A stretch of 47,336 nt of DNA, from NCBI GenBank assembly GCA_018260615.1, contig JAGWDQ010000080.1:1-47336 (forward strand), given 5' to 3'. Below, in pieces: positions 9,560 through 19,628 of the stretch. The translations under genes were made by a program, and so were the position numbers. Under the pieces are notes generated by a model that saw only the letters and a program-made list of their open reading frames with translations, did no database searches and was not told where the DNA came from. Source of the DNA: Candidatus Altarchaeum sp. (GTDB taxonomy: Archaea > Altiarchaeota > Altiarchaeia > Altiarchaeales > Altiarchaeaceae). Numbering within the stretch: the stretch's first letter is position 1; each line of letters begins with the position of its first letter.

Positions 9560-11845
9560 TTACTTTGAAAACAAAAATTTTACGAGTTCTACATTTTTCT
9601 TATCCTTGTTGTATACCTTATGTCCAAATATAAATGCATATAGCAATGATAATATAACCAGCATGGTAATTAATAAACCCGCAGCAGACATAGTGACTTC
9701 CCTTGTTTTTTCTTCTTCAATTTTGCTTTTTTCGGTTTTAAAGAAGCTTACCTCTGCATCTTTATTATCCCCCCCAATCTTTTCTCTTTTATCCATCATA
9801 TCAGCATAACAATTTATTACATCATCATATTTTTCATTTTTTCCAAAAGGGTCAATAAATAACAATTTTGAAATTTCATCCTTTAATGTATTTATTTTTG
9901 CCTTATTTTGTCCTATTGAAATGTTATATGAGATGATTTTGTTATTTAATTCACTGATTGTGTTGTTTATCTCACCTTTATTTTCGCAACTAATTTTCCC
10001 GCATAAATCCAATACCTTATTATATTGTTCTACGGAGAACAACATATTGCTGTCTTTTGTTCTGTCCCCTTCATTTTTAAAATGATTTAAAAGATTGCCA
10101 ACTATCTCCTTAAAATATACATCTACATTTTTTTCAATATCTGTTATTTCTGTCTTATACTTCCCATATTTGTTTTTTAAATCGCTTATTGAATTTTTTT
10201 GCGAAATCATGTTTTCTACTTCTTTGTACGCTTCATTGTAATCATTAACATTTGTCTTGCTTTTGATTTTCAGGGTGGATGTTAGAAATGAGATTGTATA
10301 AGGGGAGATAAAATCATTACTATATATATCTGTTCGTATTTTTTCTATTAATGTCTTTGTTGCTGATATTATATTTTTCTCATAATTATTGGTGGCAGAA
10401 CTTTCCAGGTCCTTCAGTTTATTTAATGTCTCTGTTATGGAGACATCAGCCAAAATAAATTTTATATTGAGATTTTTCTCTCCCGCGTATTTTGTAGTTA
10501 TTTTGCCATCGCAGGCATATTCTCCTGTTCCGTATTCCTTATTAGTATTTATACTGACAGAAACATCATTTGAATTTCCCTGCTTTATATAACTATCAAT
10601 TCCGTTAAATTGTATCCAGTTTTTTAATCCGTCAAAAGATTCTTCTCTTCCTTGTTTTGTTGTTCTTTTACAGTTAGTTAATGAAATTACTAATCCTTCT
10701 ATAGGAGTGTATCCGTCGGTTTCAGAGATTTTAAATTTTTCTCCCGCCTTGTTTCCGGGGTCAATAGTATAAGTAAATATTGTCTTGTCAACACTCATTT
10801 TAGGAAAAGGAATTTCAAAATTAAATTTGTAACTACTGCTATCCCTGTCTTTTATATAGTCATTGCTGAGAGTTACGCCGCCATAATATTTTCCAGGTAT
10901 GACATTCCTTTCCGGAACAGCAACTCTTATTGTTATAGTTGTTTCTCCTCCGGCATTAATGTTAGAAATGTCATTAATTCCTTCTGCATTCATCCAGTTT
11001 GGAAATCCGCTGCTGCTCACGGAAATTTTTCCGGTACCTTTATAGCCCATTGTTTCTTTTATATTGAGCTTACTTTCATAACTATTCCCGGCCTTTAACA
11101 TATCTTTTATATCTGACTTAATTGAGGTTATTTCTACTTCAACAGGATAAATCACCCTGACACTAAAACTTATTGTTTTTTCTCCTGCATTTCCAGATGT
11201 TATCTTTATGGAACCCTGATATGTTTTTTCCTGTGCGGTTTCAGGGATTTCCACTCTGACAATAATATCATTGCTTTCTGTCAACCCCTGAATTGAAGAA
11301 ATTTCTGTTTGTGAAACAGTTGTCCAATTAGATAAGTCCCCGCTTTTTGTTATTTTTACAGTTTGCATTGGCAATAACCCGTCATTTTTTATAGTAAAGG
11401 ATTTTTCAAAAGCATAAGTTTTTTGTGATCCCTTTGGTTTATTAAATTCCGCTGTAAAACTCCCTTCAATAGTATTATCAGTTATAGTAAGAACAGGTTG
11501 TTTTGAATAAACATGAAAATTTAGTAGTGGCTTATCAGAAGAAGTATGAGTTCTAATTATCTCACTTGCATTGTTCATTACTTTTACTTCACAATTTACA
11601 TCGCTGTTTGCTGAGAATTTTCCTGTTGTTATGGTATGTGATGTTGATAATAAATAATTATCTGAAAAGGATGTTCCATTACATATCACTTCAATTTTGG
11701 CAGGAGTATCTGTTGTTATAGAAAAATTTACTATATCATCGTTTGAGATTATGGTTTGCGGATTTCTTTGAATTTCAGTATCTGCAAAAGATATTGGAAA
11801 AAGCAGGAACAGCAAAATTACAAATATTAATGAAAATTTAAACAT
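9560..11845 (-). CDS. Large exported, membrane-anchored protein: signal peptide, tandem Ig-like/CARDB-type beta domains, helical region, C-terminal TM and short tail
   Basis: Probable start MFKFSLIFVILLFLLFPISFA (ORF track start 11944). Repeated beta-sandwich-like units (ITIRVAVPE...PGKYYGGVTL; VRVEIPE...YQGSIKI). TM segment MSAAGLLITMLVILSLLYAFIFG. Confidence 0.75.
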   Translation of the reverse strand: MFKFSLIFVILLFLLFPISFADTEIQRNPQTIISNDDIVNFSITTDTPAKIEVICNGTSFSDNYLLSTSHTITTGKFSANSDVNCEVKVMNNASEIIRTHTSSDKPLLNFHVYSKQPVLTITDNTIEGSFTAEFNKPKGSQKTYAFEKSFTIKNDGLLPMQTVKITKSGDLSNWTTVSQTEISSIQGLTESNDIIVRVEIPETAQEKTYQGSIKITSGNAGEKTISFSVRVIYPVEVEITSIKSDIKDMLKAGNSYESKLNIKETMGYKGTGKISVSSSGFPNWMNAEGINDISNINAGGETTITIRVAVPERNVIPGKYYGGVTLSNDYIKDRDSSSYKFNFEIPFPKMSVDKTIFTYTIDPGNKAGEKFKISETDGYTPIEGLVISLTNCKRTTKQGREESFDGLKNWIQFNGIDSYIKQGNSNDVSVSINTNKEYGTGEYACDGKITTKYAGEKNLNIKFILADVSITETLNKLKDLESSATNNYEKNIISATKTLIEKIRTDIYSNDFISPYTISFLTSTLKIKSKTNVNDYNEAYKEVENMISQKNSISDLKNKYGKYKTEITDIEKNVDVYFKEIVGNLLNHFKNEGDRTKDSNMLFSVEQYNKVLDLCGKISCENKGEINNTISELNNKIISYNISIGQNKAKINTLKDEISKLLFIDPFGKNEKYDDVINCYADMMDKREKIGGDNKDAEVSFFKTEKSKIEEEKTREVTMSAAGLLITMLVILSLLYAFIFGHKVYNKDKKNVELVKFLFSK

Positions 11846-12147
11846 TTCTATTTTATAATTATTTACAAAAGTTTCCCATTTGAAGTTACGACATTCAAGC
11901 AAATCGTTTGAAGTTATCTTTTGTACGCTTAATTTATCTAACATTTTATAAATTTACACCAAAAATAACACATTTTGACCATGGATGCTGTGTTTGGACA
12001 TGTCTTTTTTATGAATTGGAAAACTTTTGTTATTTACGGTTGAAAACATTTTAAATTTAAAAACTTAAAAATAAACCTAAAAAAGACGAAAAAGGAAAAT
12101 GAGTAATAACTTTTCTCTTTAAAATACATGAAAATAATTCCAAAAGG

Positions 12148-15114
12148 TTACATGTAATCTGCATTAGTTCCGCTTCCGCCTGATTCTGTACTTTGTGATT
12201 GTGACTGGTAACTGCCTTTTCTTTCCGTAATCTGTCCTTTTGATGCTTCCTCTACAACACCCTTTATTTCTTCTATCCTTCCTTCCATATCACTAATGTG
12301 AAGTCGCAACTGGTCAATTCCATCTTTTAATTTATCGTATGAATTATTAATTTCCTCAATACATCTTTGTGCTTCATCTTTTTTCCTTATAACAAGCGAA
12401 TCCTTTTCTTCTACGGAGTCAATAGAATTTTTCATATCGTTTATTGCAAGTGACAACGCCTTTGAATTAAGCGTCTCGTATATCTTATTGGACATCTCTT
12501 TTACATCATCTATCCTTGATTCTCTTGCCATCTTTCGCATATTTTCAAATGTTCCCGGATCAAGTGAAGGTATTCGTGACGCTTCTAATTGAGATGATAG
12601 TGTTTTTATCATTTCTACGCTCTTTAAGAAATCATCACCTGTTTTGTTGACCTTCTTTGATGTCTCATCAAGCATCTTTTGTATCCGTTCAAGTTTTATC
12701 ACAACTTCCGGAAGTTTTTCTTTTTCTATTTTTGTTCCTTCGGTTAATTGTTTAAAGTCATTTGTCTTTATCTCCAAATCACTTAAAGTTGTAGTTATAT
12801 TCTTAATCAGAACTCTAACCATCGCCAGAGTTGGCGGAAGCTGGTACCATTTTTCTTCGGGACCCAGCATCTGATAATTTTGCCAAAACTTCAGTATCTC
12901 CTGATTCGTTCCTCTTAGGTCCGTTGAATCAACCATTTTTCCGGTCAACCTTTCATAATCCTGATAAGTTATAAAAAACAGCGAATGATGCTGAATTCTT
13001 GAATTTATATGAGTTCTATAATACATGTTTTCATAATTGTTCATAGTTCGTAATCTGGACGGCTTTCCGGGGGCAATAGGTGCAAACGAAATTCCAAATA
13101 ACAATCCGTAAATTATAAATTCGTAAGGGCTTGGCGCTGTAAGAAGTTTAACCTCTGCTTTAGAAGCAACATACTCCATCGCCTTTCCTTTTAGATCTTC
13201 TATTTGTAATTTTTCACTTGTTATGTTTCGCGGGTCGCTTGAAACGAGTGCAAGGTAAAAATTACATTTTGCGGTTTCAACTATCGGATGTTTATTTTTA
13301 TCTTCGGATAGTAAACCATAGTTTTTGATTTCTTTAAGTTCTTCATGACTTAAACCTGCTCCGGATGCTGCCGTATTTGAATGCACATAGTCTAGTAACG
13401 GATTAAATAAAGCATTTGCATTTGATATTGGTTTATGCGTAAGGTCAAGATATTCATTTTCTCTGCCAAGTTTTCTCATAATGTCTATGAAGCAGCTATT
13501 TTCAATATATCCTTTTAACTTATCAATATCACTATTGTTCAGTTCAATTGTTCTGCTTCTCAGAGTTCTAAAACCAGTATTTAGCTCATGCAATGTTTTT
13601 TCTTTTTCTATTTCTGTTTTTTCAACTTCTTTTTGTAATTCGTCTAATTTTTGCTTACAATCAGGAATCTTTCTTGTTTCTAATGTATAAATTGTTTCTT
13701 CTATTCTCTTTTTACTACTTCTTTCACTTTCTACATTATCTTTTATTGTCTTTATCTTTGATGAATGCAGTTTGGAAAAGATATCTTTTTCTGTTTGCCT
13801 TAATTTTTCGCCGAGATCATTTATCAGAGCTTCCTTTTTTTCAATATTCTCTTTCAAATTTTTTAAGTCGTAACTTGCTTTTTCGTATTCATCCAATGCC
13901 GTATCGTATTTTTTTTCTTTTTGTTCTTTCAACACATCTGACAGTGCGTAAAACCATTTAAGTTTTCTATACGGAAATATAACCCTGTAATATGAAAATG
14001 TTGAAAAATTGTGTACCCCCGTTGTGTAAGTAGCAAAATCAGCAATATCAAATGCACCTTTTTTCCCTGATGCCTTCACTGTTTCCTGTGGAACAAAACT
14101 CATATGCCTGATAAAATCAGCTACTGTAGGGGTAAATCTTTCCAGTGCTTCAGGACTATCACCTATTTCTTTTCTGTCTGCTATAAATAACGCATTAAAC
14201 ATAAGTTCATTGGAAGATAAAAGAAAATGCAATTCATTTAACAATCCATAAGCATTTGCCAGTTGAAGTGCTTCGTGAGGAAGCGGCAGGGTAACAATCC
14301 CCGTCATCATTAAACTATCAGATTTAAACTGTTCAGGAAAGTCATTTCTTATCATCATTGCAAGATCTGGAAACATTCCTGATCCGGTTCCTCCACCTGC
14401 GGCGGTTACTATAGTAATAAAAAAATTTCTTCTTCCTGTTTCTTCAACAAGCTGTGTTGCCCTTTTTCTTATTGATTCCAATATAAGTCCCTTATTAACA
14501 ACAAAATATTCTTTTCCGGCAATTCTCCGCATTCCTGCTCCACTCTCACTTGGCCAATATTCATTATCTAAGCACGCTCCAAACGCCTGCTGACATATTG
14601 CTCTGGCCGGAGGCGTAAGTTCTATGTGGAATATGCTCGGATTTATACTTGATGGCGGGGGGTTTGTATCCACAGCAATGATACTTACTCCTTTTTTTAA
14701 CAATCCTCTTTCTTCCTCTTTGATATCTGTTTTTGAAGAACATCCTTCTGTCACTCTTTGCTTTGGTTTTATTCCCAAATCACTTAGTTCTGTTATTTGT
14801 TTATCAATCTCATCTTTTACATCAAAATAATCAACATCCGGCATTTTAAATTTTTCTATGCTCTTTAGTAAAGCATCTGTTTTTTCTTCTATTCTCTTTC
14901 TTCTTTCGTCATATTTCTCTACATTCTTTATCTCGTCATTTGCAGAAATTATCCATCTTTCTATTGATTCAATAATGTCTTTCTTTTCTTTTTTAATTTC
15001 ACCTTCTTTTTGCATTAAGTTAACTATCTCATCCCCTATTTCTGTTGCAGCGCCGCCCAAACAGATAACTATTTTATTAGTATCAACAGATATTGTTTTA
15101 GTTGTTGAATCCAT
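12148..15114 (-). CDS. Tubulin/FtsZ-superfamily GTPase, FtsZl1/Tubulin_2-like, with three predicted coiled-coil segments (988 aa)
   Basis: T1-like ICLGGAATEIG, T2 AVDTN, T3 GAGMRRIAG, signature AGGGTGSG (14377-14397), ANAYGLLNEL, T7-like FDIADF (14038-14049). Long charged helical stretches lie after H1, in the centre and at the C-terminus. Confidence 0.85.
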   Translation of the reverse strand: MDSTTKTISVDTNKIVICLGGAATEIGDEIVNLMQKEGEIKKEKKDIIESIERWIISANDEIKNVEKYDERRKRIEEKTDALLKSIEKFKMPDVDYFDVKDEIDKQITELSDLGIKPKQRVTEGCSSKTDIKEEERGLLKKGVSIIAVDTNPPPSSINPSIFHIELTPPARAICQQAFGACLDNEYWPSESGAGMRRIAGKEYFVVNKGLILESIRKRATQLVEETGRRNFFITIVTAAGGGTGSGMFPDLAMMIRNDFPEQFKSDSLMMTGIVTLPLPHEALQLANAYGLLNELHFLLSSNELMFNALFIADRKEIGDSPEALERFTPTVADFIRHMSFVPQETVKASGKKGAFDIADFATYTTGVHNFSTFSYYRVIFPYRKLKWFYALSDVLKEQKEKKYDTALDEYEKASYDLKNLKENIEKKEALINDLGEKLRQTEKDIFSKLHSSKIKTIKDNVESERSSKKRIEETIYTLETRKIPDCKQKLDELQKEVEKTEIEKEKTLHELNTGFRTLRSRTIELNNSDIDKLKGYIENSCFIDIMRKLGRENEYLDLTHKPISNANALFNPLLDYVHSNTAASGAGLSHEELKEIKNYGLLSEDKNKHPIVETAKCNFYLALVSSDPRNITSEKLQIEDLKGKAMEYVASKAEVKLLTAPSPYEFIIYGLLFGISFAPIAPGKPSRLRTMNNYENMYYRTHINSRIQHHSLFFITYQDYERLTGKMVDSTDLRGTNQEILKFWQNYQMLGPEEKWYQLPPTLAMVRVLIKNITTTLSDLEIKTNDFKQLTEGTKIEKEKLPEVVIKLERIQKMLDETSKKVNKTGDDFLKSVEMIKTLSSQLEASRIPSLDPGTFENMRKMARESRIDDVKEMSNKIYETLNSKALSLAINDMKNSIDSVEEKDSLVIRKKDEAQRCIEEINNSYDKLKDGIDQLRLHISDMEGRIEEIKGVVEEASKGQITERKGSYQSQSQSTESGGSGTNADYM

Positions 15115-15147
15115 TTTTAAATTGTAGGTTTAGGATATTTATAAATT

Positions 15148-15729
15148 TTAACGATTCTCATCAAGAGGTTTTTCATTTCTTATTCCTCCAAGTTTCTCGC
15201 TACCGCGCGAAGCTGTTTCACTACCCCTTTTTACTTTATCACTAATTTCTTTTGCATCTTTTTCTTTTTCCTTTATTCCTATATTTTTATCAAGACCTTC
15301 TATCTTTTTATTATTTGCAAAAAATGCTATCATGCCACCAACTCCAATAAACACCAGTCCAATTATGGCCCCTGCATTTAACAACTTCATCTGTGATGCT
15401 CCGCCTTCTATAACCTGTGTAAAGACCAGTAAATACAATATAAGCCCTATTCCAAGCAAAATACCTCCAATTAGAATTAATGAGAACCCCATTTTATATA
15501 CGCCATTCCAAAATTCAGTAGGGATTTCTTCTTTCCCCCAGCTTTTTAATGCCCGATATGCCATTATCATTCCAGCAATAATAAGAATAACTGATATTAT
15601 ACCCCAAAGAATATCATATATTAAATATTCTTTCTTGTCTAAAAAACCAGTAAGTTTTGCAATTAACCACACACCTGCGGCTAAAAATCCAAACCCGAGT
15701 ATTGCTACTCCTACATTACTTTTCCCCAT
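15148..15729 (-). CDS. Four-TM membrane protein with charged C-terminal tail
   Basis: Four hydrophobic segments and a Lys/Glu-rich tail. First gene of the minus arm, 33 bp upstream of the 988-aa gene. Confidence 0.8.
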   Translation of the reverse strand: MGKSNVGVAILGFGFLAAGVWLIAKLTGFLDKKEYLIYDILWGIISVILIIAGMIMAYRALKSWGKEEIPTEFWNGVYKMGFSLILIGGILLGIGLILYLLVFTQVIEGGASQMKLLNAGAIIGLVFIGVGGMIAFFANNKKIEGLDKNIGIKEKEKDAKEISDKVKRGSETASRGSEKLGGIRNEKPLDENR

Positions 15730-15810
15730 TTTTATTGTATAAAAATTTTATTTGATTAATAATTTAACTTTTAAAAATAAATTCAATAATATTTTTTATT
15801 ATAAATTAGA
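15730..15810. promoter_or_regulatory. Divergent promoter region of the tubulin-like locus
   Basis: 81-bp almost pure A/T gap between head-to-head starts 15729(-) and 15811(+). Individual TATA/BRE boxes cannot be assigned reliably. Confidence 0.5.
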
Positions 15811-17589
15811 ATGGATATTAAATTTAAATTTATTTTTGGATTGTTTTTGATTTTTGTATTGTGCAGTTATTCATACTCACAGGAAAATTATTTATCTGAA
15901 AGTGCAGAACCATTGTGGAGTTTTAAAGACATATCAAATATCGCGTGGGCTGTTGGAATGGATGAAGATGCCCAAAACATAATTGCTACTTCTTCAGATG
16001 GAAATATTTATCTGACAGATATAAATGGTAATCTAAAGAAATCATATAAATTTTCACTTGAAGAGTCCGGTAAGATTCTTGATTCAGGCGCTGGAAATAA
16101 AGACAACAAAATTTCTACAATTGTTGCTGCCGGAACAAAGGTGTGCCTGATAAATATGGTCGATAAAAAAGAGGAATGGTGTAAGTCCGTTTCTAAAAAT
16201 GAGTCATTCTGGGCCGTCTCAATGTCTAAAAACGGAAAATTTTATGTGACAGGAACATCCAGCGGAAATGTTGAACTTTATGATGAAAAAGGTAATAAAA
16301 AGTGGGAATATAAAATTCCTGTGAGTGCAAAAAAAATTGTCTGGAAGGGTGTCTCTGTTTCAAATGACGGAGAAGTAGCAGTAACTTCTTATGAAAATAT
16401 TTTTGTGCTGAAGGATGGAAACACCTTATGGAATAAATCTTTGTCAGAAAATATTGAAACAGTAAAAATTACACAAAACGGAAAATATGTTGCTTGCGGA
16501 TGCAGAGATGGAAGGATTCATATTTTTGATAATGGGGCCGAAAAAGGAAAGGAAATAAAGGTTTTGGAGAGTGGAGGAGGGTCAATAAAAGATATTTCCC
16601 TAAATGAAGACGGATTTGGAAGTATATGCGAGGCACAAACATTTCACTACATTTATATTTTCAGCGAAGGAACTACTGTAAAAGATGTTGAAATTTATTA
16701 TAAGCAATTCGGTGTTGAATTGACATCAACGGAAATTTCAAAAAACGGAAGATATGTTATTGTATCTCCGGCAACAGAAGGCAGCAAAGGAATTTACTTT
16801 TTTGATTCGCATGAATATATAAAAAACTATATGGGAAGGGTGAAACAAAAAATAAATGGTTGTGTTGAAACAGCGAAAAAAATTGGAATGAATGTAAGCG
16901 ATGTTGAAGAAAATGTTAAAAAAATTGATATCTGTATAGAGGACGAGAATTATAAACTTGCAATTGAAGAAGGTAAAAATACAAACAGAATGTGCGAAGA
17001 TAAAATATCAGGTTTGAGAAAAGAAGCTGAAAACAGAATTTCTGAAGTTGATAATGAAATAGAACAAAAAAGAAAAGAAGGGCATGATGTAGAAGATGCA
17101 GAAAAATGTATTAATGAATCAAGGGAATTATTTAGTTATTCACAATACAAAAAAGCAAAAGATAAGGCGGATGAATGTCATAAAATAATTAATCCTCCGC
17201 CATTTCCTGTATTTTTAGTTATCCTCCTCGCCGTAGTTATTATTGCAGTTATTCTCTGGTTCCATAGTAAAAAGAACCCCGATCCTGTTGAAGAAGAAAT
17301 GAAGGAATGGGAAAATAAGGGCTTTGATGTTCCTTTTGAATTAAAAAAAGAAATAGAAAAACAAAAAGATAAAATTTACACATACAGAGAGAGAATAGAA
17401 AGTGCCTCACTGTTAATCAGAGATGTCAATGAATTACTGAAAAATGCAACATCAAAGGAAAGAGATGAAATAGAAGAATTTAAGGAAAAAATTTATAATG
17501 ACTGGTATAAAAAAGATGAAAAAACAAATGTCTGGAGAATTGAACAATTAAAGGATGAATTTTTCAAAATAAAAAGAAACATAAGGTGA
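15811..17589 (+). CDS. Single-pass membrane protein: signal peptide, WD40/PQQ-like beta-propeller, helical stalk, TM, ~105-aa cytoplasmic helical domain
   Basis: Repeats such as WAVSMSKNGKFYVTGTSSGNVELYD and VKITQNGKYVACGCRDGRIHIFD. TM segment PPPFPVFLVILLAVVIIAVILWF. Confidence 0.8.
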   Translation: MDIKFKFIFGLFLIFVLCSYSYSQENYLSESAEPLWSFKDISNIAWAVGMDEDAQNIIATSSDGNIYLTDINGNLKKSYKFSLEESGKILDSGAGNKDNKISTIVAAGTKVCLINMVDKKEEWCKSVSKNESFWAVSMSKNGKFYVTGTSSGNVELYDEKGNKKWEYKIPVSAKKIVWKGVSVSNDGEVAVTSYENIFVLKDGNTLWNKSLSENIETVKITQNGKYVACGCRDGRIHIFDNGAEKGKEIKVLESGGGSIKDISLNEDGFGSICEAQTFHYIYIFSEGTTVKDVEIYYKQFGVELTSTEISKNGRYVIVSPATEGSKGIYFFDSHEYIKNYMGRVKQKINGCVETAKKIGMNVSDVEENVKKIDICIEDENYKLAIEEGKNTNRMCEDKISGLRKEAENRISEVDNEIEQKRKEGHDVEDAEKCINESRELFSYSQYKKAKDKADECHKIINPPPFPVFLVILLAVVIIAVILWFHSKKNPDPVEEEMKEWENKGFDVPFELKKEIEKQKDKIYTYRERIESASLLIRDVNELLKNATSKERDEIEEFKEKIYNDWYKKDEKTNVWRIEQLKDEFFKIKRNIR

Positions 17590-17600
17590 AATAAATTTTA

Positions 17601-18323
17601 ATGATGAACTTCACAAATTTTTTTACCAAAAAGAAGGATGAAAATAATGAAAATATAAGAAAAGAAAAGATTGATGAGTTACGGAATCTTGAAATAAGGT
17701 TGTATGGAGAGTCCATAAAGAGTGAGGAGTTCAAATTAAGGTCTGAAATTCCTGCTGATGAAATTGAAAAAGCGACTGAAAATATGAAGCAATTATTGAA
17801 TATCCGGGATGAAACGTTGAGGATGATAGAACAATATGAAAAGACACATAAACATATAAGCAAAGAAGATTTTTACAAAATATTTGAAAATAAACAGGAT
17901 GCGGATATATTCTGGATTGTTTATAATAAAAATAAAAGGGCTGACAGGAGTGATAATGAGGAAGAGAAAAGAAGGATAAGACAATTAAAAAACGAATGTA
18001 TTGAAATTGTTCCCGGCGAAAATGAGTTTATTGATTTACGGCTCAAATGGAAAAATTTTGTTGAAAATGTGAGTGATGAACATTATCTGGCTGACCTTAA
18101 GATATATGCGGAAAAATTTTTATCAAAAAACAAAATAGAAAAAATAATAGAACCCTTGTTTGAAAGACACTCAAAAAATATAACCAATGTTTATGATGTT
18201 TATAACAGATTAAGCAACAGTTTTGAAAATGCAGATGAATTAAGAGGAAACAATATCGGAAAAGAAATGAAAAAAGAGATTGCAAACATAATATATAACA
18301 GATTAACCTTAAAGAAATTTTAA
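17601..18323 (+). CDS. Soluble charged alpha-helical hypothetical protein
   Basis: 240 aa, no TM. Its stop codon directly abuts the next ATG (TAAATG). Confidence 0.75.
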   Translation: MMNFTNFFTKKKDENNENIRKEKIDELRNLEIRLYGESIKSEEFKLRSEIPADEIEKATENMKQLLNIRDETLRMIEQYEKTHKHISKEDFYKIFENKQDADIFWIVYNKNKRADRSDNEEEKRRIRQLKNECIEIVPGENEFIDLRLKWKNFVENVSDEHYLADLKIYAEKFLSKNKIEKIIEPLFERHSKNITNVYDVYNRLSNSFENADELRGNNIGKEMKKEIANIIYNRLTLKKF

Positions 18324-19565
18324 ATGTCAAAAATTTTGAACTTTGGACTGGGACAGGCGGGAATAAATTTGGCACTGAATATTTACAAAGAAGCGGGAAG
18401 GCCGGAAACAAGTTCCCTGGAAAATATTGGTTTTTTTATCGGAGACATTCAGCCAATAGAAACATCACAGGAAACACATAAAGAAGCAAAACGACTGGGT
18501 TTAGATTTAGAAAGATTATTCGGACATAAAAAAAGCATCCTGTTTCCTACGGCAGCATGCCTAAACCAGATACAGATAACAAGCGAGAATTATGAATATG
18601 TGAGAAGGTCGTGGCTTATATCCGGAAAGATTGCCGAAGATTTTTTGAACGGAGAGAAATCAAAAGAAGATAACAAATTTTATGGGAAGGATGGAATCAT
18701 AAACAGGATTAAAACAATAAATACAGATGATTTGTGGATAAACATAGTGAATGCCGGGGGCGGTGGAACCGGAGTTGGCTGCGGACACCTTTTTGGTGAA
18801 AAAATCAGGAAAGATATGAACAAAAAACCGGGGTCAATTTTAACGACAACAATTGTTCTGCCTTATAAAAACGAGGAACATTCCATAATGTCCGAAGTAA
18901 ATGCAATATGCAACATAGGGCTATGTCATAAGACATCAGATGCTATAATAATTGCTGATAATGAATATATGGAAAAAAGAGAGAAGGTCAATGAAATGTA
19001 TGGAAAATGGACCGCAAATTTAACAGAATGTAACATACCTAATCTTCATGAATTTTTTAAAAGGACAGGAAACAACAAAAAACCGCCGGTAATTGTTCCC
19101 TCTTTTGTTGAAAAGGATAAGGACTTTTGGGATACTCTCAAGCTGGAATTTTTAATAGAGGATGCATTGTATGAAGGAAAAATGGCTGATTGCGATTTAG
19201 AAAAATCAATGGAAATTTACATTGATGTTACTTTGCCAAATAACTATAAAGAAAAGATTACGGGCAGAGAATTAGAACAAAAAATAGAAGAAGATATGAA
19301 AAAAAACGGTAAAAATATTAAAGTAACAATAGATATTAAAAAACCAAGATCAAACAAACTTAAAATATGTTCATTTATTGCATTATCAAATACTCCCCGC
19401 CTTAATGAATTAAATGAAATTTTCGGAGAGTTCATTGCTAATGAAGAAAAAATGAATGAAATTTTAAACAAGTGTAATTCTTCAAACATTACGATTTCAT
19501 TAGAAGAATTAGAAAAGATATATAAAAATTTAAAAGACGATATAGATGAATTTTTAAAAGAATAG
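18324..19565 (+). CDS. Divergent tubulin/FtsZ-superfamily protein with degenerate T3/T7 loops (413 aa)
   Basis: T1 FGLGQAGINL, variant signature NAGGGGTGVG (18756-18779), IVLPYKNE, DAIIIADNE. The expected T7 DxxD position reads NIPNL (19032-19046) by my alignment. Confidence 0.85.
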   Translation: MSKILNFGLGQAGINLALNIYKEAGRPETSSLENIGFFIGDIQPIETSQETHKEAKRLGLDLERLFGHKKSILFPTAACLNQIQITSENYEYVRRSWLISGKIAEDFLNGEKSKEDNKFYGKDGIINRIKTINTDDLWINIVNAGGGGTGVGCGHLFGEKIRKDMNKKPGSILTTTIVLPYKNEEHSIMSEVNAICNIGLCHKTSDAIIIADNEYMEKREKVNEMYGKWTANLTECNIPNLHEFFKRTGNNKKPPVIVPSFVEKDKDFWDTLKLEFLIEDALYEGKMADCDLEKSMEIYIDVTLPNNYKEKITGRELEQKIEEDMKKNGKNIKVTIDIKKPRSNKLKICSFIALSNTPRLNELNEIFGEFIANEEKMNEILNKCNSSNITISLEELEKIYKNLKDDIDEFLKE

Positions 19566-19585
19566 TAAAAATTTAATAATTCAGA

Positions 19586-19628
19586 TATTTAATTATTTTA
19601 AAAATGTATTTAATTATTTTAAAAAATG
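19586..19628. repeat. 21-bp tandem duplication spanning the start codon of the 284-aa gene
   Basis: TATTTAATTATTTTAAAAATG at 19586-19606, repeated at 19607-19628 with one extra A, which puts the second ATG out of frame. Confidence 0.7.
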
